From a virus (lineage: Duplodnaviria > Caudoviricetes), in IMG/VR virus record IMGVR_UViG_3300033407_000067, positions 1 to 37,618 of that record: a stretch of 37,618 nucleotides of DNA. One strand, 5' to 3'. Positions 1-9,676 of this stretch are shown here, one piece after another. The notes under the pieces are model-generated. The model did no database searches, had not been told where the DNA came from, and was given only the letters and a program-made list of their open reading frames with translations. Every line of letters starts with the position of its first letter. The stretch's first letter is position 1. A program made the translations under genes and the position numbers.

Positions 1-93
1 CACATTTATTCGCGGTCCTAATTTTGACGTTTGGCTAAAAATTATTTCTCGGCCCGAAAATAGCTGGCCTGGGTCTAGTGGAGAAATCAGTCT

Positions 94-498
94 ATGCGAG
101 GAGCCCCCCGGAAACCTGACGCGGTGAAACGGCGAGCTGAAACGGCGACGAAGAACAAACCGAAACCGCCGATGGAACTCGTAGAGACTAGCCTATCGCG
201 AGTTCCCCCCGCCCCCGCCTGGCTACCGAATGTCGCGGCCTTTAGAGAATGGGAACGCGCGTGCGATATCCTCGTGGTCAATAAGCTGTTAACCCCTAGC
301 TCTCTCAGCCCCCTCGGCGTACTGTGCGCGCTATTCGGGCAGCTAGTCGATATTTACGAAGATGGTCGCCAACCTAAAGCGGCAGATCTGGCGCAGTATC
401 GCGGGCTAGCGAATGATTTTGGGCTAACCCCGATGGCGCAGGCACGCATAAAACCCGCGTCGGATACGTCTGATGAAAACCCGTTCGACGAGTTCTAA
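94..498 (+). CDS. terS: Terminase small subunit (P27-like family)
   Basis: N-terminal RGAPRKP, PPAPAWL..A.REW and C-terminal FGLTP.A.ARI pattern; immediately precedes the large terminase. Confidence 0.85.
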   Translation: MRGAPRKPDAVKRRAETATKNKPKPPMELVETSLSRVPPAPAWLPNVAAFREWERACDILVVNKLLTPSSLSPLGVLCALFGQLVDIYEDGRQPKAADLAQYRGLANDFGLTPMAQARIKPASDTSDENPFDEF

Positions 499-2182
499 GC
501 CGAAAAGTTATTTAAAAATCGCCACTGGGTATGCGCGTAGGGCGATTGCGGACACCGACCAGGCGAACCACTGTAAATGGCTACGGTTAGCGGCGCAGCG
601 TTTCCTAGACGATTTAGAGCGGGCGGGGAAACCAGGCACCGGGTTCGCGTTCGACGAGGCGGAGGCCGACCGAGCGTGCCGATTCATCGAGCTGCTCCCG
701 CACATTGAGGGGGAGTGGTCCACGCCCACAATCACACTGGAGCCGTTTCAGGTCCTGTTCTTGGTCTGTCTATTCGGGTTTCGCAACCCGGACGGCACGC
801 GCAGGTTTACAACGGCGCTCCTCGCCGTCGGCCGCAAAAATGGTAAATCCGCATTTGCATCTGGCATCGCGCTATACGTGTTTTTATGTGAGGGGCATAA
901 TGGGCCGCAGGTTATAACAGCGGCGACCACAGGAGACCAGGCGAAAATAGTTTTCAGCGTCGCTAAGGCCATGGTGGAGAAAACTCCGGCACTCCGCAAA
1001 CGGTTCGACGTAAAAGCATTTGCCCGCGCCATATTGTGCAACCAGAACCACGGGACGATGAAGTATGTGTCGGCTAAGGCGTCGACTCAGGATGGCTTAA
1101 ACCCCGCTGCGATCGTGCTAGACGAGATACACGCGCATAAGACCCCCGACCTGCTCAACGTTTTAAAATCCGCCGCAGGCGCCCGAGCAAATCAACTGTG
1201 GTTGTACCTAACAACTGAGGGGTACGAAAATCCCGGCCCCTGGGCGGGTATGCGTAAATTCGCGCAGCAGGTATTAGAGGGACTGGTGGGGGCAGAGCAT
1301 TTCCTGTGTTTTTTATTTACGCTGGATAAAGACGACGACGAATATGATGAAAGGGTCTGGGTAAAAGCAAACCCGTTGATTGAGTCCAGCCCGCTATTAT
1401 TCGCGGCAATTAAAAGGGATGCGATTGAGGCGCAGGGTATTCCCAGCATGGCCTCGGAATTTAAAATAAAACGCTGCAATCTACCTGCGTCCGTCGCCGA
1501 CGGTTTTGTGGATATCCGCGTCTGGCGGAACAACGGGGTCGATCTCGATCTCGACATGCTGGAGGGGTACCCGTGTTACGCTGCGCTCGACCTGGCGTCG
1601 ACACGAGATACCACGGCGTGGCGTCTGGTGTGGGACGTCGACGGGACGTGGTACACGTGGGGCCGGTACTGGGTGCCGCGGGAGTGCGTGTTTCAGCGGA
1701 CACAGCGGGGCACAGCGGCATATGATCAATGGATCAGCGCCGGGTGGATGACGCAGACGGAGGGTAACGTGACAGATTACGCTCGCGTCTATGACAATAT
1801 CGTGGCGGACTGCGAGCGGTTTCGCCCCCGCGTCATCGCGTACGATGACTGGAACTCGGGGGAGATCGTGGCGAAACTGGCAGAGGACGAACTGCCCCTG
1901 CGGAATTTCATTCAGGGGCCACGATCGTATCACCCGGCTGTTAAACAATTCGAGCGCCTGTACCTGCGCGGGAAACTGAAACACAGCGGGGACCCCGTGT
2001 TGACGTGGCACGCGTCGAACCTGATAATGCGGTATGACGACAATCTCAACATGGCCCCGGATAAAAAACGGTCGGCTGAAAAAATCGATGGCATGGTGGC
2101 GCTGCTGATGGCCATCGGGGTCAGCATGAGTGCAGATGATATGGTGTCTGTCTATGAGGAGCGGGGACTGCTGAGTATATGA
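473..2182 (+). CDS. terL: Terminase large subunit (Terminase_1, HK97/cos type)
   Basis: LEPFQ adenine motif, Walker A VGRKNGKS, Walker B IVLDEIH, nuclease ALDLASTRDTTA and KIDGMVALLMA. Confidence 0.96.
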   Translation: MKTRSTSSKPKSYLKIATGYARRAIADTDQANHCKWLRLAAQRFLDDLERAGKPGTGFAFDEAEADRACRFIELLPHIEGEWSTPTITLEPFQVLFLVCLFGFRNPDGTRRFTTALLAVGRKNGKSAFASGIALYVFLCEGHNGPQVITAATTGDQAKIVFSVAKAMVEKTPALRKRFDVKAFARAILCNQNHGTMKYVSAKASTQDGLNPAAIVLDEIHAHKTPDLLNVLKSAAGARANQLWLYLTTEGYENPGPWAGMRKFAQQVLEGLVGAEHFLCFLFTLDKDDDEYDERVWVKANPLIESSPLLFAAIKRDAIEAQGIPSMASEFKIKRCNLPASVADGFVDIRVWRNNGVDLDLDMLEGYPCYAALDLASTRDTTAWRLVWDVDGTWYTWGRYWVPRECVFQRTQRGTAAYDQWISAGWMTQTEGNVTDYARVYDNIVADCERFRPRVIAYDDWNSGEIVAKLAEDELPLRNFIQGPRSYHPAVKQFERLYLRGKLKHSGDPVLTWHASNLIMRYDDNLNMAPDKKRSAEKIDGMVALLMAIGVSMSADDMVSVYEERGLLSI

Positions 2183-2364
2183 GCACACCGACGAACAGCC
2201 CAACCGCCCCGCGCATCCTGCTGGGCTTGGCGACGGACGCTGCGGCGCTCGCCGCCTACGCCTCGATTATCTACGGTACGTGGCAACTCTCCGAGCCCGC
2301 GGCGTACATCGCCGGCGGTAGCATCGGACTGGTCGCAGCTGTGCTGCTGGGGCGTCGAGTATGA
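2179..2364 (+). CDS. Small two-helix membrane protein between terminase and portal
   Basis: 61 aa, two hydrophobic segments, ATGA overlaps at both ends. Confidence 0.7.
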   Translation: MSTPTNSPTAPRILLGLATDAAALAAYASIIYGTWQLSEPAAYIAGGSIGLVAAVLLGRRV

Positions 2365-3554
2365 GCCTGATGCGCGCAATTTTCGGGTCGAACCAGGCGG
2401 CGTCGGACCCGAACCACTGGATCGTCAGGGCGGTCGGGTCAATGACTGCGGCGGGTGTCACGGTCAACGAGACCCTGGCGCTGAACCTTCCAGCGGTTTA
2501 TGCATGCGTCAACCGTATTGCTAACCCGCTGTCGTCGTTCCCGATCGGAATTTTTCGGCCTGACGCTGACGGACGACCGGTCCGCGACGACGCGCACCCC
2601 CTGAACAAACTGCTGAACCGCCAGCCGAACCCGTACATGAACCAACAGCGGATGCGTAAAACGGCGCAGTCGCACGCGTGTTTGTGGGGTAATGCGTACA
2701 TCGAGATCCAGCGGGACGGCGCCAACCGCCCTGTGGCGCTATGGCCCCTGATGGCCTGGGACACGTCCCCGCATAAATCGGACAGCGGCGAGGTGCGAAT
2801 TCGGACGAGGATCGACGGCTCGACGTTTTCGCTGCCACTCGACAGCGTGCTGCACGTCGCAGACATCTCTCTGGACGGCTACTGTGGTCTGTCTGTCATC
2901 CACCAGGCGCGAGCGGCAGTAGGCCTGGCGCAGGCGGCGGAGACGTTCGGTAGCAAATTTTTCGGGAACGACGCAAGATCTGGGGGCTTCCTGATGTACC
3001 CAGGCAAACTGGGCGAGAAGGGGCGCAGGAATTTAGGCGACTCGGTCAATGCCCGCGAGGATTCAGGGTTGGAAAACGCGCACCGCATCCGAATCCTCGA
3101 GGAGGGAACGAAATTCGTTCCTACGCAGATACCGCCGGATGACGCGCAGTTTTTGGCCACGCGGGAATTTCAAATCGGCGAGATCGCCCGCATCTACAAC
3201 GTCCCCCTGTTCTTGCTCCAGCACGAGTCCCCGGGCACTGTGTGGGGTACCGGCATGGAGCAGATGATGCTCGCTTTTATCGTCCACACGCTGGACCCCT
3301 GGGTCACTGCGTGGGAGGCCGAGTTTAACAACAAGCTGTTTACCGAGCGCGAGCGCGAGCATGGGTACTATGTCAAATTCAATATGGCCGCGCTGCTGCG
3401 CGGGGATATGGCCGCACGCGCCCAGTTCTATGCGTCTGGCATTGACGCGGGGTGGATGCTGCCGTCCGAGGCCCGCGAAAAAGAGGACCTGCCGTTTATC
3501 GAGGACCTGGACACTGTGGCCGAACGTAACGAGGGGGACAATCCCAATGGATAA
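2361..3554 (+). CDS. Portal protein, HK97 family
   Basis: AL.LPAVYACV..IA, LWGNAYI, GLSVI, DAQFLATREF...EIARIYNVP, LLRGD...R motifs; position after terL. Confidence 0.95.
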   Translation: MSLMRAIFGSNQAASDPNHWIVRAVGSMTAAGVTVNETLALNLPAVYACVNRIANPLSSFPIGIFRPDADGRPVRDDAHPLNKLLNRQPNPYMNQQRMRKTAQSHACLWGNAYIEIQRDGANRPVALWPLMAWDTSPHKSDSGEVRIRTRIDGSTFSLPLDSVLHVADISLDGYCGLSVIHQARAAVGLAQAAETFGSKFFGNDARSGGFLMYPGKLGEKGRRNLGDSVNAREDSGLENAHRIRILEEGTKFVPTQIPPDDAQFLATREFQIGEIARIYNVPLFLLQHESPGTVWGTGMEQMMLAFIVHTLDPWVTAWEAEFNNKLFTEREREHGYYVKFNMAALLRGDMAARAQFYASGIDAGWMLPSEAREKEDLPFIEDLDTVAERNEGDNPNG

Positions 3555-4467
3555 ACTGCTGCAACGGCTGGCATGCCACGGGCGAGCACCGGGGGGTGAC
3601 ACGGGCGCCGTGCTGAGCGCCCCGGTGCTCGACAACCTACGCGCTACGTGGGCGGGTCCAATCGCCTCTATCGACCCGGACCAGTTCGGGGCCTGGCTGC
3701 AAACCGCGCTCGGTAATATCGCAGCTGATGCGGGGGATCGGAGACTACCTGTAGCGGGTAACGTCGCGGTCATTCCGGTGCGCGGCGTGGTCACCCCCCG
3801 CCGCATGGAGTTTTATGAGCAGTACGGGCTGACGACCTCGGTCGACACGATCCGAGCGCAGCTCAGCGCAGCTCGCGGCGCGGAGGGGGTGGCGAAGATC
3901 CTGATGGTGTACGACACGCCGGGGGGTGGCACGTTCGGTGTCGACGAACTGGCCGCGGAGATCGCAGCGGCTGCTGCCGAAAAACCGGTCACCGCCCATG
4001 TCGAGTACATGGCCGCGTCCGCGGGGTACTGGTTGGCCGCGCAGGCGTCGCAGATCGTCGCATCCCCCAGTGCCCTGGTCGGCTCGATCGGCGTGTACAT
4101 GACCCACGTGGACGACACCGGTTGGCGCGAGCAGATGGGCGTCGCAGTCGAGTATATCAGCGCGGGACGGGATAAACTGCTCGGCGCGCACGGCCCGTTG
4201 ACTGACGGGGCACGGGAGTACCTGCAGGGGCTGGTCGACCAGACGTACGCCGATTTCGTGGGCGCGGTCGCCCGCGGTCGAGGCGTGTCAAAGTCGGTCG
4301 CTGCGGGAGATCAGTTCGGCGCGGGCCGCGTCGTCACGCCACGAGACGCGCTGGCGGCGGGGATGATTGACAGAGTGGCGACATTGCAGGACACTATTAA
4401 ACAGCTCGACGGACCCGGTGCGCGCACGCGTATCCGTCAGCGCGCACTGAACCTGATTGGAGGGTGA
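3547..4467 (+). CDS. Prohead maturation protease, S49/SppA type
   Basis: DTPGG, MAASAGYWLA and GSIGV motifs; start moved to ATG 3547 (GAGGGGG RBS, overlaps portal stop). Confidence 0.9.
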   Translation: MDKLLQRLACHGRAPGGDTGAVLSAPVLDNLRATWAGPIASIDPDQFGAWLQTALGNIAADAGDRRLPVAGNVAVIPVRGVVTPRRMEFYEQYGLTTSVDTIRAQLSAARGAEGVAKILMVYDTPGGGTFGVDELAAEIAAAAAEKPVTAHVEYMAASAGYWLAAQASQIVASPSALVGSIGVYMTHVDDTGWREQMGVAVEYISAGRDKLLGAHGPLTDGAREYLQGLVDQTYADFVGAVARGRGVSKSVAAGDQFGAGRVVTPRDALAAGMIDRVATLQDTIKQLDGPGARTRIRQRALNLIGG

Positions 4468-4471
4468 CCCC

Positions 4472-5782
4472 GTGACTAAAGTTGCGAAATTGCGAGAGAA
4501 GAAAGCGGCGCTGGTCGCGGACATGCGGGCGCTGCTGACTGCAGCGGAGACGGAGGACCGTGATTTGTCCGCCGAGGAATCCGCGACGTACGACGACGGC
4601 CTTGCCGCCATCGCGAAACTGGACACAGAGATCGGTCGTCTGCAGGCGCTGGAGGCCGCGGAGGCCGCGCTCGACACCCCGCAGCCGTCCGCCGCGTCCC
4701 GTTCAGCCGCCCTGCCGAGCCCCCCGCCCGGCCCGGAGGCGTCACGGGAGTTTGAGTCGTTCGGCGAGTTTGTGCACGCGACACGGTTTCGGCCGAACGA
4801 TCAGCGCCTGGCGAGCCTGTACCAGGATTTTGACCAGCACTCCGAGCAGCGCATGGACACCGGTTCCAGCGGCGGTTTTATGGTCCCCGAGCAGTTCCGC
4901 GCGGGGCTGCTGTCCGTGGACCCGACCGAGGCAGTCGTCCGTCCGCGTGCGACAGTGATTCCCGCGGGTACCCCGCCGGACGCCGCGATCAGTATGACCG
5001 CGCTGGACCAAACGGGGGACACCCCGGACAACATCTATGGCGGCATCACTGTGGCTAAGACCGGTGCGGTTGAGGGCGGTGACGTCTCAGTTAACGAGTC
5101 GGATTTTGACCTGCGCCAGATCAAACTGGAGCCGCACGAGTTCGCGGGGTTCACCACGGTTACTGACAAGTTGCTCCGCAACTGGACCGCAGCCAGCTCA
5201 CTGCTCGAGACTCAGTTTCGGCGCGCTATGATGGCGTCGGACGATCGAGAGTTTTTCAATGGCAACGGCATCGGTGGCCCCCTGGGCTACCTCAACGCCG
5301 GGGCGACGTACGACGTCACCCGCGAAACGTCCAACACGATCACCTACACCGACGTGACCGAGATGCTGGCGCGCCTGCTGATGCGCGGGGGCTCGCCGAT
5401 CTGGGTGGCGTCGCAGTCGATCATGACTACGCTGCTGCGCATGCGTAACCCGCAGGGCTCGCCGTACAACGGCGACGGGGCACTGATTTTCCAGCCGAGC
5501 GTCGTGCCCGGCGTACCGGCGATGCTGCTGGGCTACCCTATCGTGTGGCATGAGCGTGCATCTGCGCTGGGCAGCGCGGGCGACCTGTCACTGGTCGACC
5601 TGTCGTATTACCTGATCAAGGACGGCAGCGGCCCGATCATCGCCAGCTCGGAACACGTCAAATTCACCACCAACAAGACGGTATTCAAGATCCTCTGGAA
5701 CGTGGACGGCCAGCCGTGGCTGACCGCACCGCTCAAGCAGGAAGGCGGGTACGAAGTGTCGCCGTTCGTGGCGCTGAACTAA
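4472..5782 (+). CDS. Major capsid protein, HK97 fold with coiled-coil delta domain
   Basis: Helical N-terminal scaffold region, GGFMVPEQF, LLGYPI and GDLSLVDLSYYLI motifs; GTG start behind GGAGGG. Confidence 0.93.
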   Translation: MTKVAKLREKKAALVADMRALLTAAETEDRDLSAEESATYDDGLAAIAKLDTEIGRLQALEAAEAALDTPQPSAASRSAALPSPPPGPEASREFESFGEFVHATRFRPNDQRLASLYQDFDQHSEQRMDTGSSGGFMVPEQFRAGLLSVDPTEAVVRPRATVIPAGTPPDAAISMTALDQTGDTPDNIYGGITVAKTGAVEGGDVSVNESDFDLRQIKLEPHEFAGFTTVTDKLLRNWTAASSLLETQFRRAMMASDDREFFNGNGIGGPLGYLNAGATYDVTRETSNTITYTDVTEMLARLLMRGGSPIWVASQSIMTTLLRMRNPQGSPYNGDGALIFQPSVVPGVPAMLLGYPIVWHERASALGSAGDLSLVDLSYYLIKDGSGPIIASSEHVKFTTNKTVFKILWNVDGQPWLTAPLKQEGGYEVSPFVALN

Positions 5783-5809
5783 CACAGTTAAATCAGGAGC
5801 TTATGGGCC

Positions 5810-6187
5810 ATGAACAAACTGTCAGAGATCATCAACGTCTCAGATGCTGCGGACTGGGTGCCGATCGCGCTCTATACGCAGTTCACCGGATTCGGCGTCA
5901 TCGTGGACGCCGACGACGGGGAGGGTGTCACTGTCCAGCTGCGTAAAGCCACCAGCTCGGCTGGTGCTAACGCGGCGGACCATGGCGATGCTGTCACCGT
6001 GTCCTCAACCGACACAAACGTGACAGTTACCGCTATGACCTCCGCGTTCGCCGGGGACCTCGGCGAAACGGCAGGCGGCGTCGCGTATACCCACGTGTCC
6101 TGCACCATCACCGCAGCGGGCTCGCCCGCACCGGGTGAGACTACCTATGGCGGAGTGATTCGGTCTGATGGCCGGTTCAGCGAGTGA
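5810..6187 (+). CDS. Probable capsid decoration/accessory protein
   Basis: 125 aa, beta-rich and Thr/Ala/Gly-rich, AGGAG RBS, directly after the major capsid gene; function inferred from position. Confidence 0.55.
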   Translation: MNKLSEIINVSDAADWVPIALYTQFTGFGVIVDADDGEGVTVQLRKATSSAGANAADHGDAVTVSSTDTNVTVTAMTSAFAGDLGETAGGVAYTHVSCTITAAGSPAPGETTYGGVIRSDGRFSE

Positions 6188-6953
6188 CGACCGCTACACG
6201 GTACGGAGACCGTTTCTCGATCGGCGCACCGGGCTAACTCTGCCCGCGGGTGCGCCGTTTGTCGACCACACCCGCTACGCGCAGATGCTGCGTGACGCGG
6301 GGATAATCGACCCAGCGACGGTCCCGCCCGCCCGCCCGCAGCTTGATATTTTCCCACCAGACCGCTGGGTCGACGACACCGTCGCGATCATCGCTGGGGG
6401 GGCCAGTCTCAAATCCGAAAAACATCTGCCCCTGCTCGACGGCGTCAGCACCATCGTGGTTAATGACGCGTATCGGCTAAAACCAGATGCGGACATTTTA
6501 TACGCTGCGGACTACGCCTGGTGGGAGCACCATGGGTACGTGCCCGAGTTCGGCGGGCAGCGCTGGACGCAGCACCGCGGCACGACGGAGTGGGCCGCAC
6601 GGGCGCGGGAGCGGGGGTTATTCGTGGTCGAGTCCCGGATGGATTGCACGAGTCTGTCGATGGACCCGGCAGTCATACACACCGGGGCGAACTCCGCGTT
6701 TCAGGCGCTCAATTTAGCGGTGCTCGGCGGTGCTCGGCGCGTCCTCCTGCTCGGTGTCGATCTCAAGGGGCCACATTGGTTCGGGGACCACCCGACTGGG
6801 CTCAACCGCACCAGCCCGTACCCGGTGTTCAGGGCCTCGTTTGAGGCCGTAGCGCCGCAGCTCGCGGAAATTGGCGTCGAGGTTGTAAACTGCTCGAGGA
6901 GCTCGGCCCTGCAGTGTTTTCCGAAAATGACGCTCCGCGCCGCACTCAAATGA
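6168..6953 (+). CDS. Maf/DUF115/sialyltransferase-like Rossmann protein with small N-terminal domain
   Basis: VAIIAGGASL, IVVNDAY, DILYAAD..WW, GANSAFQALNLA...GARRVLLLGVD. Confidence 0.65.
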   Translation: MAGSASDDRYTVRRPFLDRRTGLTLPAGAPFVDHTRYAQMLRDAGIIDPATVPPARPQLDIFPPDRWVDDTVAIIAGGASLKSEKHLPLLDGVSTIVVNDAYRLKPDADILYAADYAWWEHHGYVPEFGGQRWTQHRGTTEWAARARERGLFVVESRMDCTSLSMDPAVIHTGANSAFQALNLAVLGGARRVLLLGVDLKGPHWFGDHPTGLNRTSPYPVFRASFEAVAPQLAEIGVEVVNCSRSSALQCFPKMTLRAALK

Positions 6954-7597
6954 CCGTCGAGTACCTCCCCGTCGCGCATCACCACGAGTCTGTCATCATT
7001 GTCGGCAACGCCCCCTCGGCGCGCCCCCTCACTACGCTCGCGTGTCCGGAGGCATCAGCGGTCATCGCGGTCAATGGCGCGGTTGAGTGGCTGCCGCGAG
7101 CGGACTACTGGTTTACGCTAGACCCTGACACGCGCAATCGCCGACGGATGCGGGAGCAGCGCCCAGGCACGTACTACTACGCAGCTGTGCCCCCCGAGTT
7201 CGGGCAGCGCGACGCACGGCTGCCGGTATGGCGGATGCCCCCCGAACCGCGTGTGCACTGGCTGCGACGCCGCATCGGATCCGGACCGCTATCCAGCCGA
7301 CGCGGGCTATCAGTGGACCCCGCGGCGGTCAACACGGGGAACTCAGCCTATGGTGCCCTGGGCCTGGCTTTGCATATGGGCGCCCGCCGCGTCGCGCTGT
7401 TCGGCGTGCAGGCGGACGGGGACGGGCGGATAACGGGCGGTCGTCCGGGCGACCTGGCGCATCTGCCGGAGCTGTTCGCTAGCGCGTTGCCCCAACTGCA
7501 CATCCGTGGTATTGATGTCGTAATCGCGGGCAAGTCACGAATCGACGGTTTCCCGCGCATGGGTGTTGAGGAGGCCCTCCGATGGGTTGCAGGATAG
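6950..7597 (+). CDS. Second Maf/DUF115/sialyltransferase-like protein
   Basis: VIIVGNAPS (cf. GNGPS of GT42 sialyltransferases), IAVNGA, DYWFTLDP, TGNSAYGALGLA..MGARRVALFGV; ATGA-coupled to the upstream paralog. Confidence 0.62.
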   Translation: MTVEYLPVAHHHESVIIVGNAPSARPLTTLACPEASAVIAVNGAVEWLPRADYWFTLDPDTRNRRRMREQRPGTYYYAAVPPEFGQRDARLPVWRMPPEPRVHWLRRRIGSGPLSSRRGLSVDPAAVNTGNSAYGALGLALHMGARRVALFGVQADGDGRITGGRPGDLAHLPELFASALPQLHIRGIDVVIAGKSRIDGFPRMGVEEALRWVAG

Positions 7598-8229
7598 GAT
7601 CGCGACTGGTGCAGACGACCGCACCAGCAGCTGACGTCATGACCCTCGCCGAGGCGCGGGCGCAGTGTCGAGTCGTGCCATACGGATCTCCCGTGGCGCA
7701 CGACGACGACGACCTGATTACGCGGCTGATCGCAGTCGTGACGGACGAACTGGATGGTATCGATGGGTGGCTCAACCGAGCGCTGATCAACCGCACGTTG
7801 CAGTACGCCCTGGACGGGTTCCCGCCGTGCAGCAACCGCATATACCTCCCCCTGACGTCCCCGACGACGGATGACGCCGCCACGCCGATCAGCTCAGTCG
7901 TGTATACGGACTCGAACGGTGACGCGCAGACGCTGGTCGAGGATACCGATTTTATTGTGGAAAAACGCAACGACCCAATATACATCGAGCCCGTCTACGG
8001 CAAATCCTGGCCCGCAATCCGGGCCGGAACGAACGCGGTGACGATCACGTACACCGCCGGGTATGGCGCCGCGGCGTCAGACATCCCGGAGGCGATCCGT
8101 AGCTATATGTTCGTGCGGCTCGGGCAGCTGCATGAATTCCGCGAGCTGGTAGTCGCGGGGGTGACGGTTGCTGAGGTCCCGTTCCTGCGCGACAGCCTGG
8201 AAAACAAACGCGGCCGGAGGCCCTGGTGA
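7582..8229 (+). CDS. Head-tail connector (gp6 / phiE125 gp8-like adaptor)
   Basis: TLAEARAQCRV...DDDLI..LI, RALI, V.ITYTAGYG.....IPEAIR; exact start uncertain. Confidence 0.88.
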   Translation: MGCRIGSRLVQTTAPAADVMTLAEARAQCRVVPYGSPVAHDDDDLITRLIAVVTDELDGIDGWLNRALINRTLQYALDGFPPCSNRIYLPLTSPTTDDAATPISSVVYTDSNGDAQTLVEDTDFIVEKRNDPIYIEPVYGKSWPAIRAGTNAVTITYTAGYGAAASDIPEAIRSYMFVRLGQLHEFRELVVAGVTVAEVPFLRDSLENKRGRRPW

Positions 8230-9026
8230 TGGAGTCAGTAGCCCGCATCTTCGTCGGCTGTGCGCCGAATCGGGAGGACGCCGAATCACAGGCAGTACTC
8301 GAGTACTCGATCCGTAAACATGCTAGCTGCCCCGTGGTGATCACGTGGATGAAACTGCGTCGCGATGATCCGATTTATGATGGCTGGCGGACCGAAAACT
8401 GGCCGACGCCGTTTTCGGGGTTTCGCTGGGCGGTGCCGGAGCTGGCCGGGTTCCGAGGCCGAGCGATCTATATGGACTCGGATGTCATCGTGCTGCGCGA
8501 CGTGGCGGAGCTGATCAACATGCCGCTCGGCGAGGGCAAACTGCTCGCCGCAAAATCCGCTCGGCGCCTGTGCGTGTCGTTATGGGACTGCGACCGAGCT
8601 GCCGCGCTGGTGCCTCGGATCGAGGACCAGAAACGGAGCCCCGATACGCACCTGATGATGCAGACGAAAATGCGCGGCAGCGCGCACGTGGTGCAACCGT
8701 TCGTCGGCAGCAACTGGAATAACCTCGACGGCGAGCCCAGCGAGCTGCCTGTCGGGGCGCTGCACTATACGTCTATGCCACACCAGCCCCACGTACCCCG
8801 CGCTCGTGCCCGCCTGGCACGATCAGGCTGGAAACACTGGTTTGACGGCGCCGCGAAACCGCACTGGAACACAGCGGTTGTAGAGCTGTTCGAGCAGATG
8901 CTCGCGGAGGCGATTGAGGCCGGGCACACCCCGGAGTCGTACTGCGCAGATCCGATCTACGGGGACTATCGCAAACGGTCGCTGGCCGCAATGAATGGTG
9001 CGGTACCGCACTGGGGGAGGTCATAA
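8226..9026 (+). CDS. GT-A glycosyltransferase (GT8-like)
   Basis: RIFVG...VLEYSIRKHAS, TPFSGFRWAVP, RAIYMDSD (DxD), WNNLD, LHYT. Confidence 0.82.
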   Translation: MMESVARIFVGCAPNREDAESQAVLEYSIRKHASCPVVITWMKLRRDDPIYDGWRTENWPTPFSGFRWAVPELAGFRGRAIYMDSDVIVLRDVAELINMPLGEGKLLAAKSARRLCVSLWDCDRAAALVPRIEDQKRSPDTHLMMQTKMRGSAHVVQPFVGSNWNNLDGEPSELPVGALHYTSMPHQPHVPRARARLARSGWKHWFDGAAKPHWNTAVVELFEQMLAEAIEAGHTPESYCADPIYGDYRKRSLAAMNGAVPHWGRS

Positions 9027-9676
9027 TGGTTGCGGTTGCGTGTGTGTGGGTCGGGACCGGGTATGGTGTCGAGTACGTCCAGCGGCTGCGCAACATGGTG
9101 CGACGGCATCTGCGATTAGAGCACCGGTTCATATGCCTGACGGATAAACCCGAAACGCACATCGACGGCGTCGATTTTGTGGACATCCGCCACCACAAAT
9201 GGCCGGGCTGGTGGTCAAAAATGGCGCTGTTCGATCCGGCCCTGCGGGGCATGTCAAACTGCGTCTATTTCGATCTGGACACCGTGATCGTTGGCGACAT
9301 TACCCCGCTGTTCGACTGTCGCGATTTCGCAATCTGTGAAAATTTCACGCGGGCTGCGGGGCACCCGACGTACCCGTGCTCCTATGGCTCCTGCGTCATG
9401 TACCTGCCCCTCGGGTTTGGGCGTCGAATTTTTCAGCGGTTTGAGGCTGACGCTGACGCGTTGATGGCTCGCCACGCCCAGTACGGCGATCAGCGCCTGA
9501 TAGAGGAGTACTACCCGTTTGCCACGCGTCTACAGCGCGTTATGCCGAGAGGATTTTTTGTCGGCCGTCGTGAGTTTTCGGACGGGGTGCCACCCGACGC
9601 CAGCGTAATGGTGTTCGCGGGGCCCGTAAAACCGCATAACACGGCGCACCCGTGGGTGCAGGAGCACTGGAGATGA
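9026..9676 (+). CDS. GT-A glycosyltransferase (nucleotide-diphospho-sugar transferase)
   Basis: VACVWVG..Y..EYV.RL.NMV.RHL, FICLTD, GWWSKMALF, YFDLDTVI (DxD), GDQ, F.G..KP. Confidence 0.82.
   Translation: MVAVACVWVGTGYGVEYVQRLRNMVRRHLRLEHRFICLTDKPETHIDGVDFVDIRHHKWPGWWSKMALFDPALRGMSNCVYFDLDTVIVGDITPLFDCRDFAICENFTRAAGHPTYPCSYGSCVMYLPLGFGRRIFQRFEADADALMARHAQYGDQRLIEEYYPFATRLQRVMPRGFFVGRREFSDGVPPDASVMVFAGPVKPHNTAHPWVQEHWR

Noticed and set aside
24-40. TTGACG followed by GTTTGGCTAAAA, resembling the IncP KorA operator GTTTAGCTAAAC
   Set aside because: Two mismatches, single copy, and no acceptable -10 at 17 bp; could be chance in an AT-rich leader
2179-2364. Holin assignment for the small membrane protein
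   Set aside because: Small membrane ORFs between terL and portal are common in HK97-like phages, and this one is far from the lysozyme; no positive evidence
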